A stretch of 37,401 nucleotides of DNA from Burkholderiales bacterium. Lineage in GTDB: Bacteria > Pseudomonadota > Gammaproteobacteria > Burkholderiales > Casimicrobiaceae. The stretch covers positions 1 through 37,401 of the forward strand of contig JAYWHV010000243.1 in assembly GCA_043777615.1 (NCBI GenBank), read 5' to 3'. The notes below the pieces were generated by a model, which had not been told where the DNA came from, made no database searches, and was given only the letters and a program-made list of their open reading frames with translations. A program made the translations under genes and the position numbers. How positions within the stretch are numbered: the first letter of the stretch is position 1; each line of letters begins with the position of its first letter. Of this stretch, positions 1-9,322 are shown one piece after another.

Positions 1-48
1 TCAGCGATTGCGCCCAATGCCACTCTACAAAGCACTTAAGGAAACACC

Positions 49-342
49 ATGAGCACCACCTTCGACAGATTGCGCACAATGTTGATCAACGACTACCCGT
101 CGACACCCGAGACGCTGACGCTGGACACGCCGCTTGAAGCGCTGGGTATCGATTCACTCGGCCTGGCTGAACTGCTGTTCAACGTTGAAGACGAATTCGG
201 AATCACGCTGCCAGCGCAACCCGTGCCGCTGCCAACCGTCGGCGACGTGGTTGCCTACATTGACGCGCTGATCATTGAGCAAGGCCGGACGGCCGCTTCA
301 GACGATGCAACGCCAACCACGGCGTCTTTTCGCATGTCATGA
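49..342 (+). CDS. Acyl carrier protein
   Basis: 97-aa acidic ORF with phosphopantetheine motif LGIDSL and ..EDEFGI; RBS-like AAGGAA upstream; ATGA overlap with the downstream ketosynthase. Confidence 0.9.
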   Translation: MSTTFDRLRTMLINDYPSTPETLTLDTPLEALGIDSLGLAELLFNVEDEFGITLPAQPVPLPTVGDVVAYIDALIIEQGRTAASDDATPTTASFRMS

Positions 343-1571
343 AACGTGTTGCGGTCACTGGCATCGGCGTGGTCTCGCCACTGGGCAATAGCGCTGCCGA
401 CGTGTTCAAAAATGCCTATGGCGGCCGCTCCGGCGTTCACCGTCTGCTGGCGCCCTTCGCGCACCGATTGGTTGCACCGCTGGCGGCCACATCGTCGTTC
501 GATGCCGCCCAATATTTCGACGCGGCAAAGCTGCGCATGCTCGACCGCGTCAGCCAGTTTGCGCTGATCGCCGCAGGCGATGCACTCACTGATTCTCGGA
601 TCAGGTTGAGCGAGATGGAATTGGGTCGTGCCGGTGTTTTTGTTGGCACCGGCATGGCAGGATCACAATCCACCGACGACGGCTACAAAACGCTATATGG
701 CGACGCGTCCGACCGCATCAAGCCGTTTACCGTGCTGCTCGGCATGCACAACGCACCCGCGGGCTGGATCGCCATTGAGCACGGCCTGCGCGGTCCCAAT
801 CTGACCTATTCGACTGCATGCTCGTCGTCCGCCGTTGCGATTGGAGAGGCGTGGCTACGCGTCGCGAGCAACAGCATTGACATGGCGCTGGCCGGCGGTT
901 CTGAAGCGCCGCTTTCATTCGGCTCATTGAAGGCATGGGAGGCACTGCACACGCTGGCTAGCGTTGACGAGGAAGATCCATCAACGTCGTGCAAGCCATT
1001 CTCAAAAAATCGCAGTGGCATGGTGCTTGGCGAGGGCGCTGCAATGCTCGTGCTCGAAGCGTGGGACGCTGCCGTTGCGCGTGGCGCCACGATCCACGGT
1101 GAAATCATCGGCTACGGACTCACCACAGACGTGGGACACATCACGCGGCCGAGTGCGGACGGCCAAGCCTCCGCCATGCGCGCGGCTCTGAAATCGGCCG
1201 CGCTTACGCCTTCAGACATCGACGCGATCAATGCTCACGGTACTGGCACTCAAGCCAACGATTCGACTGAAACGTTGGCGATCAAGACGGTATTCGGCGA
1301 ACACGCGCGCAATATCCCGATGAGTGCAACCAAGGCGATGCACGGACATCTGCTCGGCGCAGCCGGTGCGCTCGAATGTGCGCTGTCGCTGCTCGCTATG
1401 CAGCATCAGGTTGCACTGCCGACCGTGCATCTGAAAACGCCCGACCCGGAGTGCGATCTGGATTACGTCGCCAACGTCGCTCGCGACAACGTCAACGTCC
1501 GCACGATGCTGTCGAACTCATTCGCGTTCGGAGGAACCAACGCAGTGCTGGCGTTGCGCGGGGCATCCTGA
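339..1571 (+). CDS. fabF: Beta-ketoacyl-ACP synthase II family (FabF-like)
   Basis: VAVTGIGVVSPLG N-terminus; Cys-His-His triad motifs TACSSS, NAHGTGT, GHLLGAAG; C-terminal SNSFAFGGTN. Probably a paralogue dedicated to the adjacent ACP. Confidence 0.9.
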   Translation: MKRVAVTGIGVVSPLGNSAADVFKNAYGGRSGVHRLLAPFAHRLVAPLAATSSFDAAQYFDAAKLRMLDRVSQFALIAAGDALTDSRIRLSEMELGRAGVFVGTGMAGSQSTDDGYKTLYGDASDRIKPFTVLLGMHNAPAGWIAIEHGLRGPNLTYSTACSSSAVAIGEAWLRVASNSIDMALAGGSEAPLSFGSLKAWEALHTLASVDEEDPSTSCKPFSKNRSGMVLGEGAAMLVLEAWDAAVARGATIHGEIIGYGLTTDVGHITRPSADGQASAMRAALKSAALTPSDIDAINAHGTGTQANDSTETLAIKTVFGEHARNIPMSATKAMHGHLLGAAGALECALSLLAMQHQVALPTVHLKTPDPECDLDYVANVARDNVNVRTMLSNSFAFGGTNAVLALRGAS

Positions 1572-1576
1572 TCCGC

Positions 1577-2395
1577 TCACCCGTTCCTACGCTGGTGAAG
1601 CCAGCGAGCAAGCTCGATACAGGTGACACAGAATGCGAGCCACGCAGCACCGGACGCAACGCCTGCGATCACGTCACTTGCAAAATGCACCTGCAGGAAG
1701 ATCCGACTACTGCCCACGGTAATCGCGAGCGTCACCGCCAACAGCAACGCTGGCAGGTGCCAGCGAAACGGCAACAACCGAAGCGCCAGATAGGCAAGCA
1801 TGCCGTAGGCAACCACCGAGCCGGAGCTGTGGCCACTGGGGAAACTGAAGCCGTCTTCGAGCGTCAGCCCATCAGTCCCGAGTGGCCGCACACGAGCGAA
1901 TATCTGTTTAAGTACGGTGTTCAGCACACCGTTGCCTGCTACCGCCGCCACCCAGCCGAGCGTTAGCCACCAGCGGCCCAGCGCCGCAAGGGCAACGGCC
2001 ACCGCGATGCAAAGGCCGACGAGCGTTGCGGTGTCGCCTAGGCGGGTGAACATAGCGAAGGTTTGCACCACCGGTGTCGTCACGCTGCCGCGCAACGCTT
2101 CAGTAAACGCCCGATCCACTCGACCGAGCGCTTCTTGCGCTCCAAGTTCGCCCGCGAGTTCGACGAAGACGAAGCTGCCTAGCAGTATCACGGTCAAGCC
2201 GATGGCAAAGCGCGGGCTCAAGAAACGCATGGGCAATTGCGCAAAGCGAAACTCGGGCCCGCTGTAACGCCGCACCATCCACCAACACGCACATGTCGTT
2301 GCCAGAGTCAGCACAAGCATCGCGAAAAATAGCGGCAGCGCATGCTGACCTGCCCACCGCGCCCACTGCTCCAGAAGTTGCGGGTCAGGCTGCAA
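1577..2395 (-). CDS. PAP2-family membrane phosphatase
   Basis: PAP2 motifs KQIFARVRP, PSGH, SRIFLQVHFASDV; several hydrophobic helices. Start set at TTG 2395 because the ORF-track start 2542 lies deep inside the upstream gene; start uncertain. Confidence 0.85.
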   Translation of the reverse strand: MQPDPQLLEQWARWAGQHALPLFFAMLVLTLATTCACWWMVRRYSGPEFRFAQLPMRFLSPRFAIGLTVILLGSFVFVELAGELGAQEALGRVDRAFTEALRGSVTTPVVQTFAMFTRLGDTATLVGLCIAVAVALAALGRWWLTLGWVAAVAGNGVLNTVLKQIFARVRPLGTDGLTLEDGFSFPSGHSSGSVVAYGMLAYLALRLLPFRWHLPALLLAVTLAITVGSSRIFLQVHFASDVIAGVASGAAWLAFCVTCIELARWLHQRRNG

Positions 2396-3194
2396 AGGTC
2401 CGCCGCACCGGTACGATTTCGGTAACCGTCGAGGCAACGAATGCGTCGACCCCAGCGGCGTAGTCCCATTGCTCAATGACGCAACAACCGTCAGGCGCGT
2501 CAGCGCCACACCGTACGATGTTGACCGAATTCGGCATGCCATCGCGCACGCGGGATGACACCGATGTGCCAGCCTGTACGGCCCACATGGCCCGTGACAA
2601 TTTAGGCAAGGCCTTCACGTAAGGCAAGTGAATGTGTCCTCCCATGATGATGTCGCAACCCGCAGTTGACCACTGCGGCAACGCAACTTCGTGGCCGCGC
2701 AGGCAATCATGCGCATCCGCTACACGCATGACGGCAACCGGTTGATGGACAACGACCACACGAAGTTGCGCAGAACTGGCTTGCGCGAGAGCGGCGGCGA
2801 CGCGATCAATTTGTGCTGTTGAGACCTCACCGTTGACGTGCCGATACCAGCGGGTTGTGTTGACGCACAGCACCAGCAAATCGGGGGAGTCATGCACTGG
2901 CTCCAGCACATTGCCGAACGCGCGCCGATATCGCGAATACGGATTCAACAAACGCGCGCTCAGGTCAATCAGCGGAATGTCGTGGTTGCCCGGAATCGCC
3001 AGATACGGCACACCGAGACGATCCATGAATGCGCGAGCTGCGCGAAACTGAACAGATGTCGCCCGTTGCGTGATGTCGCCCGAAAGCACCACCAGATCGG
3101 GCTGCCGCTCTCGCGAAAGTGACACCAGCGCTTCGACCACCGGCGACTGTTCGGTGCCGAAATGCGGATCGGAGATTTGTAGCAGCACGCTCAC
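2385..3194 (-). CDS. Calcineurin-like metallophosphoesterase (Icc/CpdA-like)
   Basis: Motifs ISDPH, SGD, GNHD, HQP, GHIH; 4-bp overlap with the DAGK gene. Confidence 0.9.
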   Translation of the reverse strand: MSVLLQISDPHFGTEQSPVVEALVSLSRERQPDLVVLSGDITQRATSVQFRAARAFMDRLGVPYLAIPGNHDIPLIDLSARLLNPYSRYRRAFGNVLEPVHDSPDLLVLCVNTTRWYRHVNGEVSTAQIDRVAAALAQASSAQLRVVVVHQPVAVMRVADAHDCLRGHEVALPQWSTAGCDIIMGGHIHLPYVKALPKLSRAMWAVQAGTSVSSRVRDGMPNSVNIVRCGADAPDGCCVIEQWDYAAGVDAFVASTVTEIVPVRRTFAA

Positions 3195-4156
3195 ACACTG
3201 CCCCGTTCGGGTTCAATGACACCTGATTTAAGCAGGAACAGCGGCTTCGGGGCGACCCGAAAATCAAGCGGCGCGCGCATGTGGCTCAACTCGCCATCAA
3301 ACGCCACCTTCACCTTGCGTCCACCGCGTGCCGGTCTGGGCGTGACAAGCATGCGATGAAACTTGAAGCTCTCCAAGGTATCTGCCTCACCCAGACGGCC
3401 AAAGGCACCACGAAACAGCAGCCCGAGCATTGCCAGTGAGCCGATTGGCCGCAGCATCACCGCAGCAATACAGCCCTCGTCCAGCGCCTGTGCTTCGGGC
3501 AGGCCCACCTGCTCCAGTTGCAGGCGATTGTTGGCAACGAACAGCGTCGGTGTTTTCACGTGGCGCACACTCTCGCTGCGTTCGATGCGCAGGTGAAGTT
3601 GCCGGTGCCGGACCAGCAGTGTCGCCAGCGCCGCGGCGAACGCCACCAGTCGACTTCGACCGAAGCGCGCTTTGTAGGCCTCGCGATCCTTTAACAGGTC
3701 GGGATACAGTCCGAGGCTCGCATTAACCAGAAATACCTGATCGTTGATCAGGCCCACTTGCACCGAAACCGGCGCAGAATGCAGCAGCGCCTGCATGGCG
3801 CCGGCGGCATCAGTGGGAATGCCGTGCGTTCTGGCGAAGTAGTTGAAAGTGCCCTGTGGCACGACACCTATCGGGCAGTTCTCAATGTATGCGGCCTGTG
3901 CGACGGCATTGATGGTGCCATCTCCGCCGACGGCGACGACTGCGCTGTGGCGGGCTCTGGCCAACGCCACGCCCTTGCGGGCAACATCGGCAAGCTCACC
4001 GGGCTTTGCGTAAAGCAGTTCACCCGCACGACCGTTGGCGTGTAGCGCATGTTCAATCACCTTGCGCGTCGCGTCGGGATCGTTACGGCCCGACGCTGCG
4101 TTGATCACAAATAACAGTGGCGACGCGGTGTCGATTTCGGGAATGTTCGCCACCAC
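3191..4156 (-). CDS. Diacylglycerol/lipid kinase family protein (YegS/BmrU-like)
   Basis: INAASG, VGGDGT, PQGTFNYFAR and AFDGE motifs. Confidence 0.9.
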   Translation of the reverse strand: MVANIPEIDTASPLLFVINAASGRNDPDATRKVIEHALHANGRAGELLYAKPGELADVARKGVALARARHSAVVAVGGDGTINAVAQAAYIENCPIGVVPQGTFNYFARTHGIPTDAAGAMQALLHSAPVSVQVGLINDQVFLVNASLGLYPDLLKDREAYKARFGRSRLVAFAAALATLLVRHRQLHLRIERSESVRHVKTPTLFVANNRLQLEQVGLPEAQALDEGCIAAVMLRPIGSLAMLGLLFRGAFGRLGEADTLESFKFHRMLVTPRPARGGRKVKVAFDGELSHMRAPLDFRVAPKPLFLLKSGVIEPERGSV

Positions 4157-4165
4157 GCACCGGCC

Positions 4166-4609
4166 CTACATGGGCAGGTCGTTGACGGATGGCTTGGTGC
4201 CGTAGTACGAGTGAATGGCCTGTGCCCAGGTCCGATCGGACAAATTGGACCAGTTGTCCGTCTCAAATCCTGGCGCGCTCTCTAATCGCGTTTTGTCAAC
4301 ATTCAGCACAAAACGCTTGTTCACGGTGTCCAGTTTCAGTGCGTCCCATGGCACCGCGAAAAGTTTGTCGCCCATTCCGAGAAAGCCGCCATACGACAGT
4401 ACCGCGTAGCTTACGCGGCCAGTGTTAATGTCGAGCATGAATTCCTTGATGTCACTCAGATCTTCATCCTTCTCATTGAATACGTCGTTGCCATTGAGTG
4501 TGTCAGCGCCCATCAGGCGCGGGCCAGGTCCGTGATGACCATCGGCATGCGGCGCGCCGTTACTGCCTATTCTGTACATGCCGTAGGTGTCGCGTTCTTC
4601 GTAGTTCAT
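4166..4609 (-). CDS. PRC-barrel domain protein
   Basis: GPRLMGADTL..GNDV, GRVSYAVLSYGGFLGMGDKLFAVPW signature; start MNYEERD chosen over the longer ORF start. Confidence 0.85.
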   Translation of the reverse strand: MNYEERDTYGMYRIGSNGAPHADGHHGPGPRLMGADTLNGNDVFNEKDEDLSDIKEFMLDINTGRVSYAVLSYGGFLGMGDKLFAVPWDALKLDTVNKRFVLNVDKTRLESAPGFETDNWSNLSDRTWAQAIHSYYGTKPSVNDLPM

Positions 4610-4708
4610 ATCAAAGTCCTGTTGGTAGCTCGGGTTGATGCGTACCCACACCGACCGACCCGGAGGTTAGCGCCTTGGACAAAGATAGGCGAGGACCGAC
4701 GCGCAGTC

Positions 4709-4724
4709 TGTGCGACATCGCACC
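4709..4724. promoter_or_regulatory. Putative Crp/Fnr-family-type operator TGTGC-N6-GCACC upstream of the PRC-barrel operon
   Basis: TGTGCGACATCGCACC contains the perfect inverted repeat GTGCGA-ca-TCGCAC with CRP-like 5-6-5 geometry, about 100 bp upstream of the PRC-barrel start. Confidence 0.45.
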
Positions 4725-4813
4725 AAGCGGCATCTGCTTTCGGGAGAGAACATGCACACGCCGGCGGCCTTCGTGAGCGCGGCAAGTGGATAGGTCGACA
4801 GGTAAAATGGAGC

Positions 4814-4931
4814 TCAGCTTTTAGCTGAAACGCCTATTTCGTTGGGGCTAGCCCGCTATTGTGGCTAATGTCGACTTACTAACAAATATGCGTTTATCCC
4901 AAACGCAACGGTGCTTACAGCAAAAAGCTGA
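4814..4931. repeat. 118-bp dyad-symmetric element, copy A
   Basis: TCAGCTTTT...GGGGCT...GTCGAC (4870-4875)...ATCCC...AAAAGCTGA; arms match 36/59 without gaps; same motif spacing as copies B and C. Confidence 0.9.
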
Positions 4932-4932
4932 A

Positions 4933-6015
4933 TCACACGATTTGCGGCAATCGTGGATGAATAATCCGGCGAAACAGCGGCGGAATCAGCGCGATCTTGA
5001 TCATGGTTGCGTAATTGGTCGGCAATTGCGGCGCCTCCAGATGGCTGTTCAACGCGCCGAACGCGCGACCGCCGTGGGCGTGATGGTCGCTGTGCCGTTG
5101 CAGATTGATGAGTATGGCGTTGGTGACCCAGCCCGAGTAATCCCACGAGTGTTCATAGCGCACAGGTATGGGCACACCGCTCGCGTCGGTCGCGCGGGAC
5201 AGGCCGTAATGCTCGATGTAATCAACCAGTTCCAACTCAATAATTGCGATCAACGCAGCCAATAAAAACACCGCGAGCGCTGCCCAGCCTGCCCATAAGA
5301 ACGCCGCCGTAGCCAACACGACAGTGAGCAGCGTCCACTGCGAGGCCTCGTTGCGCAGGAGCGCTGCCAGCCATGGCGCACCACTGCGCGAAAGACGATC
5401 TGCTTCGAGCTGCCAGGCGTGACGGTAAGTGCCGAAAATCGCGCGCGGCACGAAGGCGTAAGCGGTTTCATTCAATTTCGCTGTGGCCGGGTCCGCCGAG
5501 GTGCCGACGAGCAAATGATGGCCGCGCACATGCTCCACTTTGAAAACGCCGTAGGCCACGCTCGCCAGCAACACACCGCCGAAAAATCGCTCAGCTTTAT
5601 TGTTGCGATGAATGAGTTCGTGGCCCACGTTGATGGCCATGATGCCACCGACAATGCCGAGCGACAGCACAAAACCAGCGATGTGCAGCGCAGGCAATTG
5701 CATGATCCGCGGCACCACCGAAATGGCCCAGACAAGCGTGACCAACCACACCCCGCCACACACCCAAGGCACGACGCGCAACATGCGGTCTCGGGAGAGG
5801 GTGGACTGCTCGTCACGACTAAACCGCGTGACCGCACGACCTAGCGGCGCATCCAGCATCGGAACAATCCCCTGAATCACAATCACCGCCCACCATGTCC
5901 ACCAGGCGTCGGCCGGATCATCCAACGCGCGCATCACGCCTAACCAAAAAGGCAACGCCACGAGCGGCGCGAGCCAGAACGAGTAGCGATAAAGCTGAAT
6001 TTGCAATGCGTTCAT
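4933..6015 (-). CDS. alkB: Alkane 1-monooxygenase family (AlkB-like di-iron membrane hydroxylase)
   Basis: His boxes GHELIHR, EHVRGHH, DYIEHYGL and LQRHSDHHAH; DPATA; C-terminal APQLP; transmembrane helices. Confidence 0.85.
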   Translation of the reverse strand: MNALQIQLYRYSFWLAPLVALPFWLGVMRALDDPADAWWTWWAVIVIQGIVPMLDAPLGRAVTRFSRDEQSTLSRDRMLRVVPWVCGGVWLVTLVWAISVVPRIMQLPALHIAGFVLSLGIVGGIMAINVGHELIHRNNKAERFFGGVLLASVAYGVFKVEHVRGHHLLVGTSADPATAKLNETAYAFVPRAIFGTYRHAWQLEADRLSRSGAPWLAALLRNEASQWTLLTVVLATAAFLWAGWAALAVFLLAALIAIIELELVDYIEHYGLSRATDASGVPIPVRYEHSWDYSGWVTNAILINLQRHSDHHAHGGRAFGALNSHLEAPQLPTNYATMIKIALIPPLFRRIIHPRLPQIV

Positions 6016-6051
6016 GATCGTCCTGAATGTAGTGCGGATGCAGGACGGTAG

Positions 6052-7149
6052 CTACAAAATCTTCGGCGTTGCTACCACGACATCCGCATTCTGCGCCCGA
6101 TGTCGGAGCGCATGATCGATCAAAACGAGCGCCAGCAGCGCCTCGGCAATCGGCGTCGCACGAATGCCCACGCAAGGGTCGTGACGACCGTGCGTGTTGA
6201 TGGTCACCGCATTGCCTGCCTTGTCGATCGTCTCACGGTCGAGGCGCATGCTGGAGGTCGGCTTGATCGCGATGTTCACCGTTATCGGCTGGCCCGTTGA
6301 GATTCCGCCGAGCACGCCGCCCGAATTGTTGCTAGCAAATTTGCCGTCACGGATTTCGTCGGAATGCTCGGTACCTCTTTGGGTGACGCTCTTGAAGCCG
6401 GCGCCAATTTCTACACCCTTAACCGCGTTCAATCCCATCATCGCGTGGGCGACGTCGGCATCGATGCGATCAAACACCGGCTCGCCCCAGCCGACCGGCA
6501 AACCGGTGGCTTCAACATAAATCTTCGCACCGCAGCTGTCGCCGCTCTTGCGCAGCTCGTCCATGTAATTTTCAAGTTCGGCGAGTTTCGGGGAGTCGGG
6601 CTGAGTCGGTGCGAAGAAGGGATTGCCGTTTACGTCGTCCCAGGACTCAAAAGGGATCGCCACATCGCCAATCTGCGCGCAATATCCGCGCACGTTGACC
6701 CCGTAGCGCTCAGCCAGCCACTTTTTCGCCACCGCACCGGCCGCCACAATCGGCGCAGTGAGTCGCGCGGAGGAACGCCCGCCGCCACGATAGTCGCGCT
6801 GCCCAAACTTCATCCAGTAGGTGTAATCAGCATGGCCCGGCCGGAACGTCTGCGCGATGTTGCCGTAGTCCTTGCTACGCTGATCAGTGTTGCGGATCAA
6901 AAGCCCAATCGGCGTCCCGGTCGTCACGCCCTCAAACACGCCCGAGAGGATTTCAACAGTGTCGTCCTCCCGGCGCTGCGTGACATGACGCGATGTCCCT
7001 GGCTTGCGCCGATCCAGATCGGGCTGAATATCCTCAGCAGACAACGGCATGCCCGGCGGACAACCGTCAATGACGCAACCGATGGCGGGGCCGTGGGATT
7101 CACCAAACGTGGTGACGGCGAAGAGATGACCCAGGGTGTTTCCAGACAT
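6052..7149 (-). CDS. aroC: Chorismate synthase
   Basis: [29 protein letters not shown] signatures. Confidence 0.97.
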   Translation of the reverse strand: MSGNTLGHLFAVTTFGESHGPAIGCVIDGCPPGMPLSAEDIQPDLDRRKPGTSRHVTQRREDDTVEILSGVFEGVTTGTPIGLLIRNTDQRSKDYGNIAQTFRPGHADYTYWMKFGQRDYRGGGRSSARLTAPIVAAGAVAKKWLAERYGVNVRGYCAQIGDVAIPFESWDDVNGNPFFAPTQPDSPKLAELENYMDELRKSGDSCGAKIYVEATGLPVGWGEPVFDRIDADVAHAMMGLNAVKGVEIGAGFKSVTQRGTEHSDEIRDGKFASNNSGGVLGGISTGQPITVNIAIKPTSSMRLDRETIDKAGNAVTINTHGRHDPCVGIRATPIAEALLALVLIDHALRHRAQNADVVVATPKIL

Positions 7150-7244
7150 TTGTCGATTTTATGCGGGAGCGCGCACTACTGAGTGCGTTCGTGCTGTGTT
7201 CAATCGTCCTTCACGGTCGGGCTCATCCCATTTCCAGTGGCGCT

Positions 7245-9131
7245 TCAGCGCATTTCCCCCCGCATCTCCCGAACATCGGCCTCAAGCTTGGCCGCCGTCA
7301 CAGTCCCCGCAGGCACCAAAGCCCCGCCCACCAACTCGATCCGGTTGAAGAATCCGCGGAAGCGCTTGAACGCAACGCCGTTCGCTGTACGGCTGAAGAA
7401 ACTGCCCCACAGTCCGCGCAGAGCAAGCGGTACCACGGGTGCACCGGTCTCGGCGACGATGCGTTCGATGCCGGGACGGAACGCGTTCATTTCGCCGTCT
7501 TTGGTTAGCTTGCCTTCAGGGAAAATACACACGACTTCGCCTTCGGCCAGTGCGAGTTTCACGCGATCAAAGGCACGCTCCATCATTTCTGGATTCTCCT
7601 TCGCGCTGGCGATGGGGATCGCTTTCATTTGCCTGAACACCCACACCATTCCCGGTGTTTTGAAAATGTTGTGATCCATCACGAAGCGAATCGGGCGACG
7701 GCAGGCTGCGCTAATGACTAAGGCGTCAACATAGCTCACATGATTAGCGACCACGATGACTGGGCCTTTGTCAGGAATGTTTTCTAGGCCCTTTACGTGC
7801 AGGCGATACGCGAACGAAATCAGCATCCAGCAGATAAATCGCAGCAAAAATTCTGGTGTCAACGAGTAGATGTACAGGGCCACGATGGCATTGAGCACCG
7901 CGATGGTGAGGATCAACTGTGGCACGCCAAACCCGGCGAATTTGATGAGCGCGATGGCGAGCAGCGCTGACGCCACCATAAAGATCGCGTTCAGAATATT
8001 GTTCGCAGCGATGATGCGCGAACGATGCGACTCGTCGGAACGCTCCTGAATCAGGGCATACAGCGGCACGCTATACAGACCGCCGCTCACCGACAACATG
8101 AACAGATCAAACACGACGCGCCAATGCTCGGATTTGCCGATAAATTCCATTGCGCCACTTTGGCCGACCGGATGCAAGCCTTTGGTGGCGAAGTACAAAT
8201 CAATAGCGAACACGCTCATGCCAATGGATCCGAAGGGCACAAGGCCAATCTCAACCTTTTTGCCAGATAGCCGCTCACACAAGAGCGAACCAACCGCGAC
8301 GCCAACCGCGAAAACCGCGAGCAAAAGTGTTGCGACCTGCTCATTCCCGCCCAGCACATCCTTGCTCATATTGGCGAATTGGTTCAGCAGCATCGCACCG
8401 TAAAACCACAGCCACGAAATGCCGAGCATCGAGCGCCAGACGACGATGTTTTTTGCAGCGAGACGCAGGTTGTTTGCGGTTTCGGTGAACGGATTCCAGT
8501 TGAGTTTGAGCGATGGATCGGTCGCCGCCGCTGCTGGAATGCTGCGGCTGACGAGATACCCAATCACCGCGACAATAATTGTCACTGCAGCTACAAACAT
8601 CGGCCCGCTCGGTTTGATCGCAACGACTACGCCACCGACAATCGTGCCCACCAAAATTGCCACAAACGTGCCCGATTCGACCAGCGCATTACCGCCCACT
8701 AGCTCATCGCTCTGCAACGCCTGCGGCATGATTGCGTACTTCACCGGACCGAACAGGGTTGAATGCAAACCCATTGCAAACAGGCAGACAAACAGGATAA
8801 GCAGGTTTGCGGTTACGAAAGCCACTGCGGCGAGCGCCATCACCACGATCTCGAAAATCTTTACGCTGCGAATCACGCGTGTCTTCTCGTACTTGTCAGC
8901 GAGCTGTCCCGCGAACGCAGAGAAAAGCACGAACGGCAGGATGAACACCGCGCCCGCAGCATTCACCAGCAAGTTCGAATCCATGCCCGCCAGCGTCATG
9001 CCACCAAACGCCATGAAAATGATCATGCCGTTTTTGAACACGTTGTCGTTCATCGCCCCTAAAAACTGAGTCCAGAAGAACGGCGCGAAGCGGCGCTCGC
9101 CCAGCAAGGCAAATTGACTGTGTTCCGACAT
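7245..9131 (-). CDS. MFS lysophospholipid transporter (LplT-like) fused to a PlsC-type acyltransferase
   Basis: N-terminal MFS (FFWTQFLGAMNDNVFK, FGPVKYAIMP); C-terminal acyltransferase motifs NHVSYVD and FPEG. Confidence 0.9.
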   Translation of the reverse strand: MSEHSQFALLGERRFAPFFWTQFLGAMNDNVFKNGMIIFMAFGGMTLAGMDSNLLVNAAGAVFILPFVLFSAFAGQLADKYEKTRVIRSVKIFEIVVMALAAVAFVTANLLILFVCLFAMGLHSTLFGPVKYAIMPQALQSDELVGGNALVESGTFVAILVGTIVGGVVVAIKPSGPMFVAAVTIIVAVIGYLVSRSIPAAAATDPSLKLNWNPFTETANNLRLAAKNIVVWRSMLGISWLWFYGAMLLNQFANMSKDVLGGNEQVATLLLAVFAVGVAVGSLLCERLSGKKVEIGLVPFGSIGMSVFAIDLYFATKGLHPVGQSGAMEFIGKSEHWRVVFDLFMLSVSGGLYSVPLYALIQERSDESHRSRIIAANNILNAIFMVASALLAIALIKFAGFGVPQLILTIAVLNAIVALYIYSLTPEFLLRFICWMLISFAYRLHVKGLENIPDKGPVIVVANHVSYVDALVISAACRRPIRFVMDHNIFKTPGMVWVFRQMKAIPIASAKENPEMMERAFDRVKLALAEGEVVCIFPEGKLTKDGEMNAFRPGIERIVAETGAPVVPLALRGLWGSFFSRTANGVAFKRFRGFFNRIELVGGALVPAGTVTAAKLEADVREMRGEMR

Positions 9132-9322
9132 GGTGACCCCGTTGTTATTCAGTGCGTGGATTCTGCCTCAGGCTGAATCAAAGCCACCAGAAACCCGGTG
9201 GGTATCGGTTTGCAACACTGTCGGTGCGGCCTTAAGGCGAAGAGATTTCAGCGCGAGCGGTTCTCTAGTCAAAATTCAAGCGCAGTACGACTCGCGTCGT
9301 GGGTGCTCCCGCGCTTCAACGC

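Noticed and set aside
6364-7182. Long antisense or alternative-frame ORFs (e.g. 6364-7182 +, 9299-10030 +, 15053-15826 +, 26034-26825 +, 36300-37244 +)
   Set aside because: Shadow ORFs opposite well-supported genes, expected in high-GC DNA; no recognisable motifs.
9132-9322. 190-bp intergenic gap with AGAGATTTCAGCG resembling the right arm of copy C, plus a small branched hairpin after tupA
   Set aside because: No central GTCGAC and no left-arm motifs at the right spacing. The hairpin lacks a U-tract and I cannot match it to a riboswitch (including Moco/Wco) by eye.
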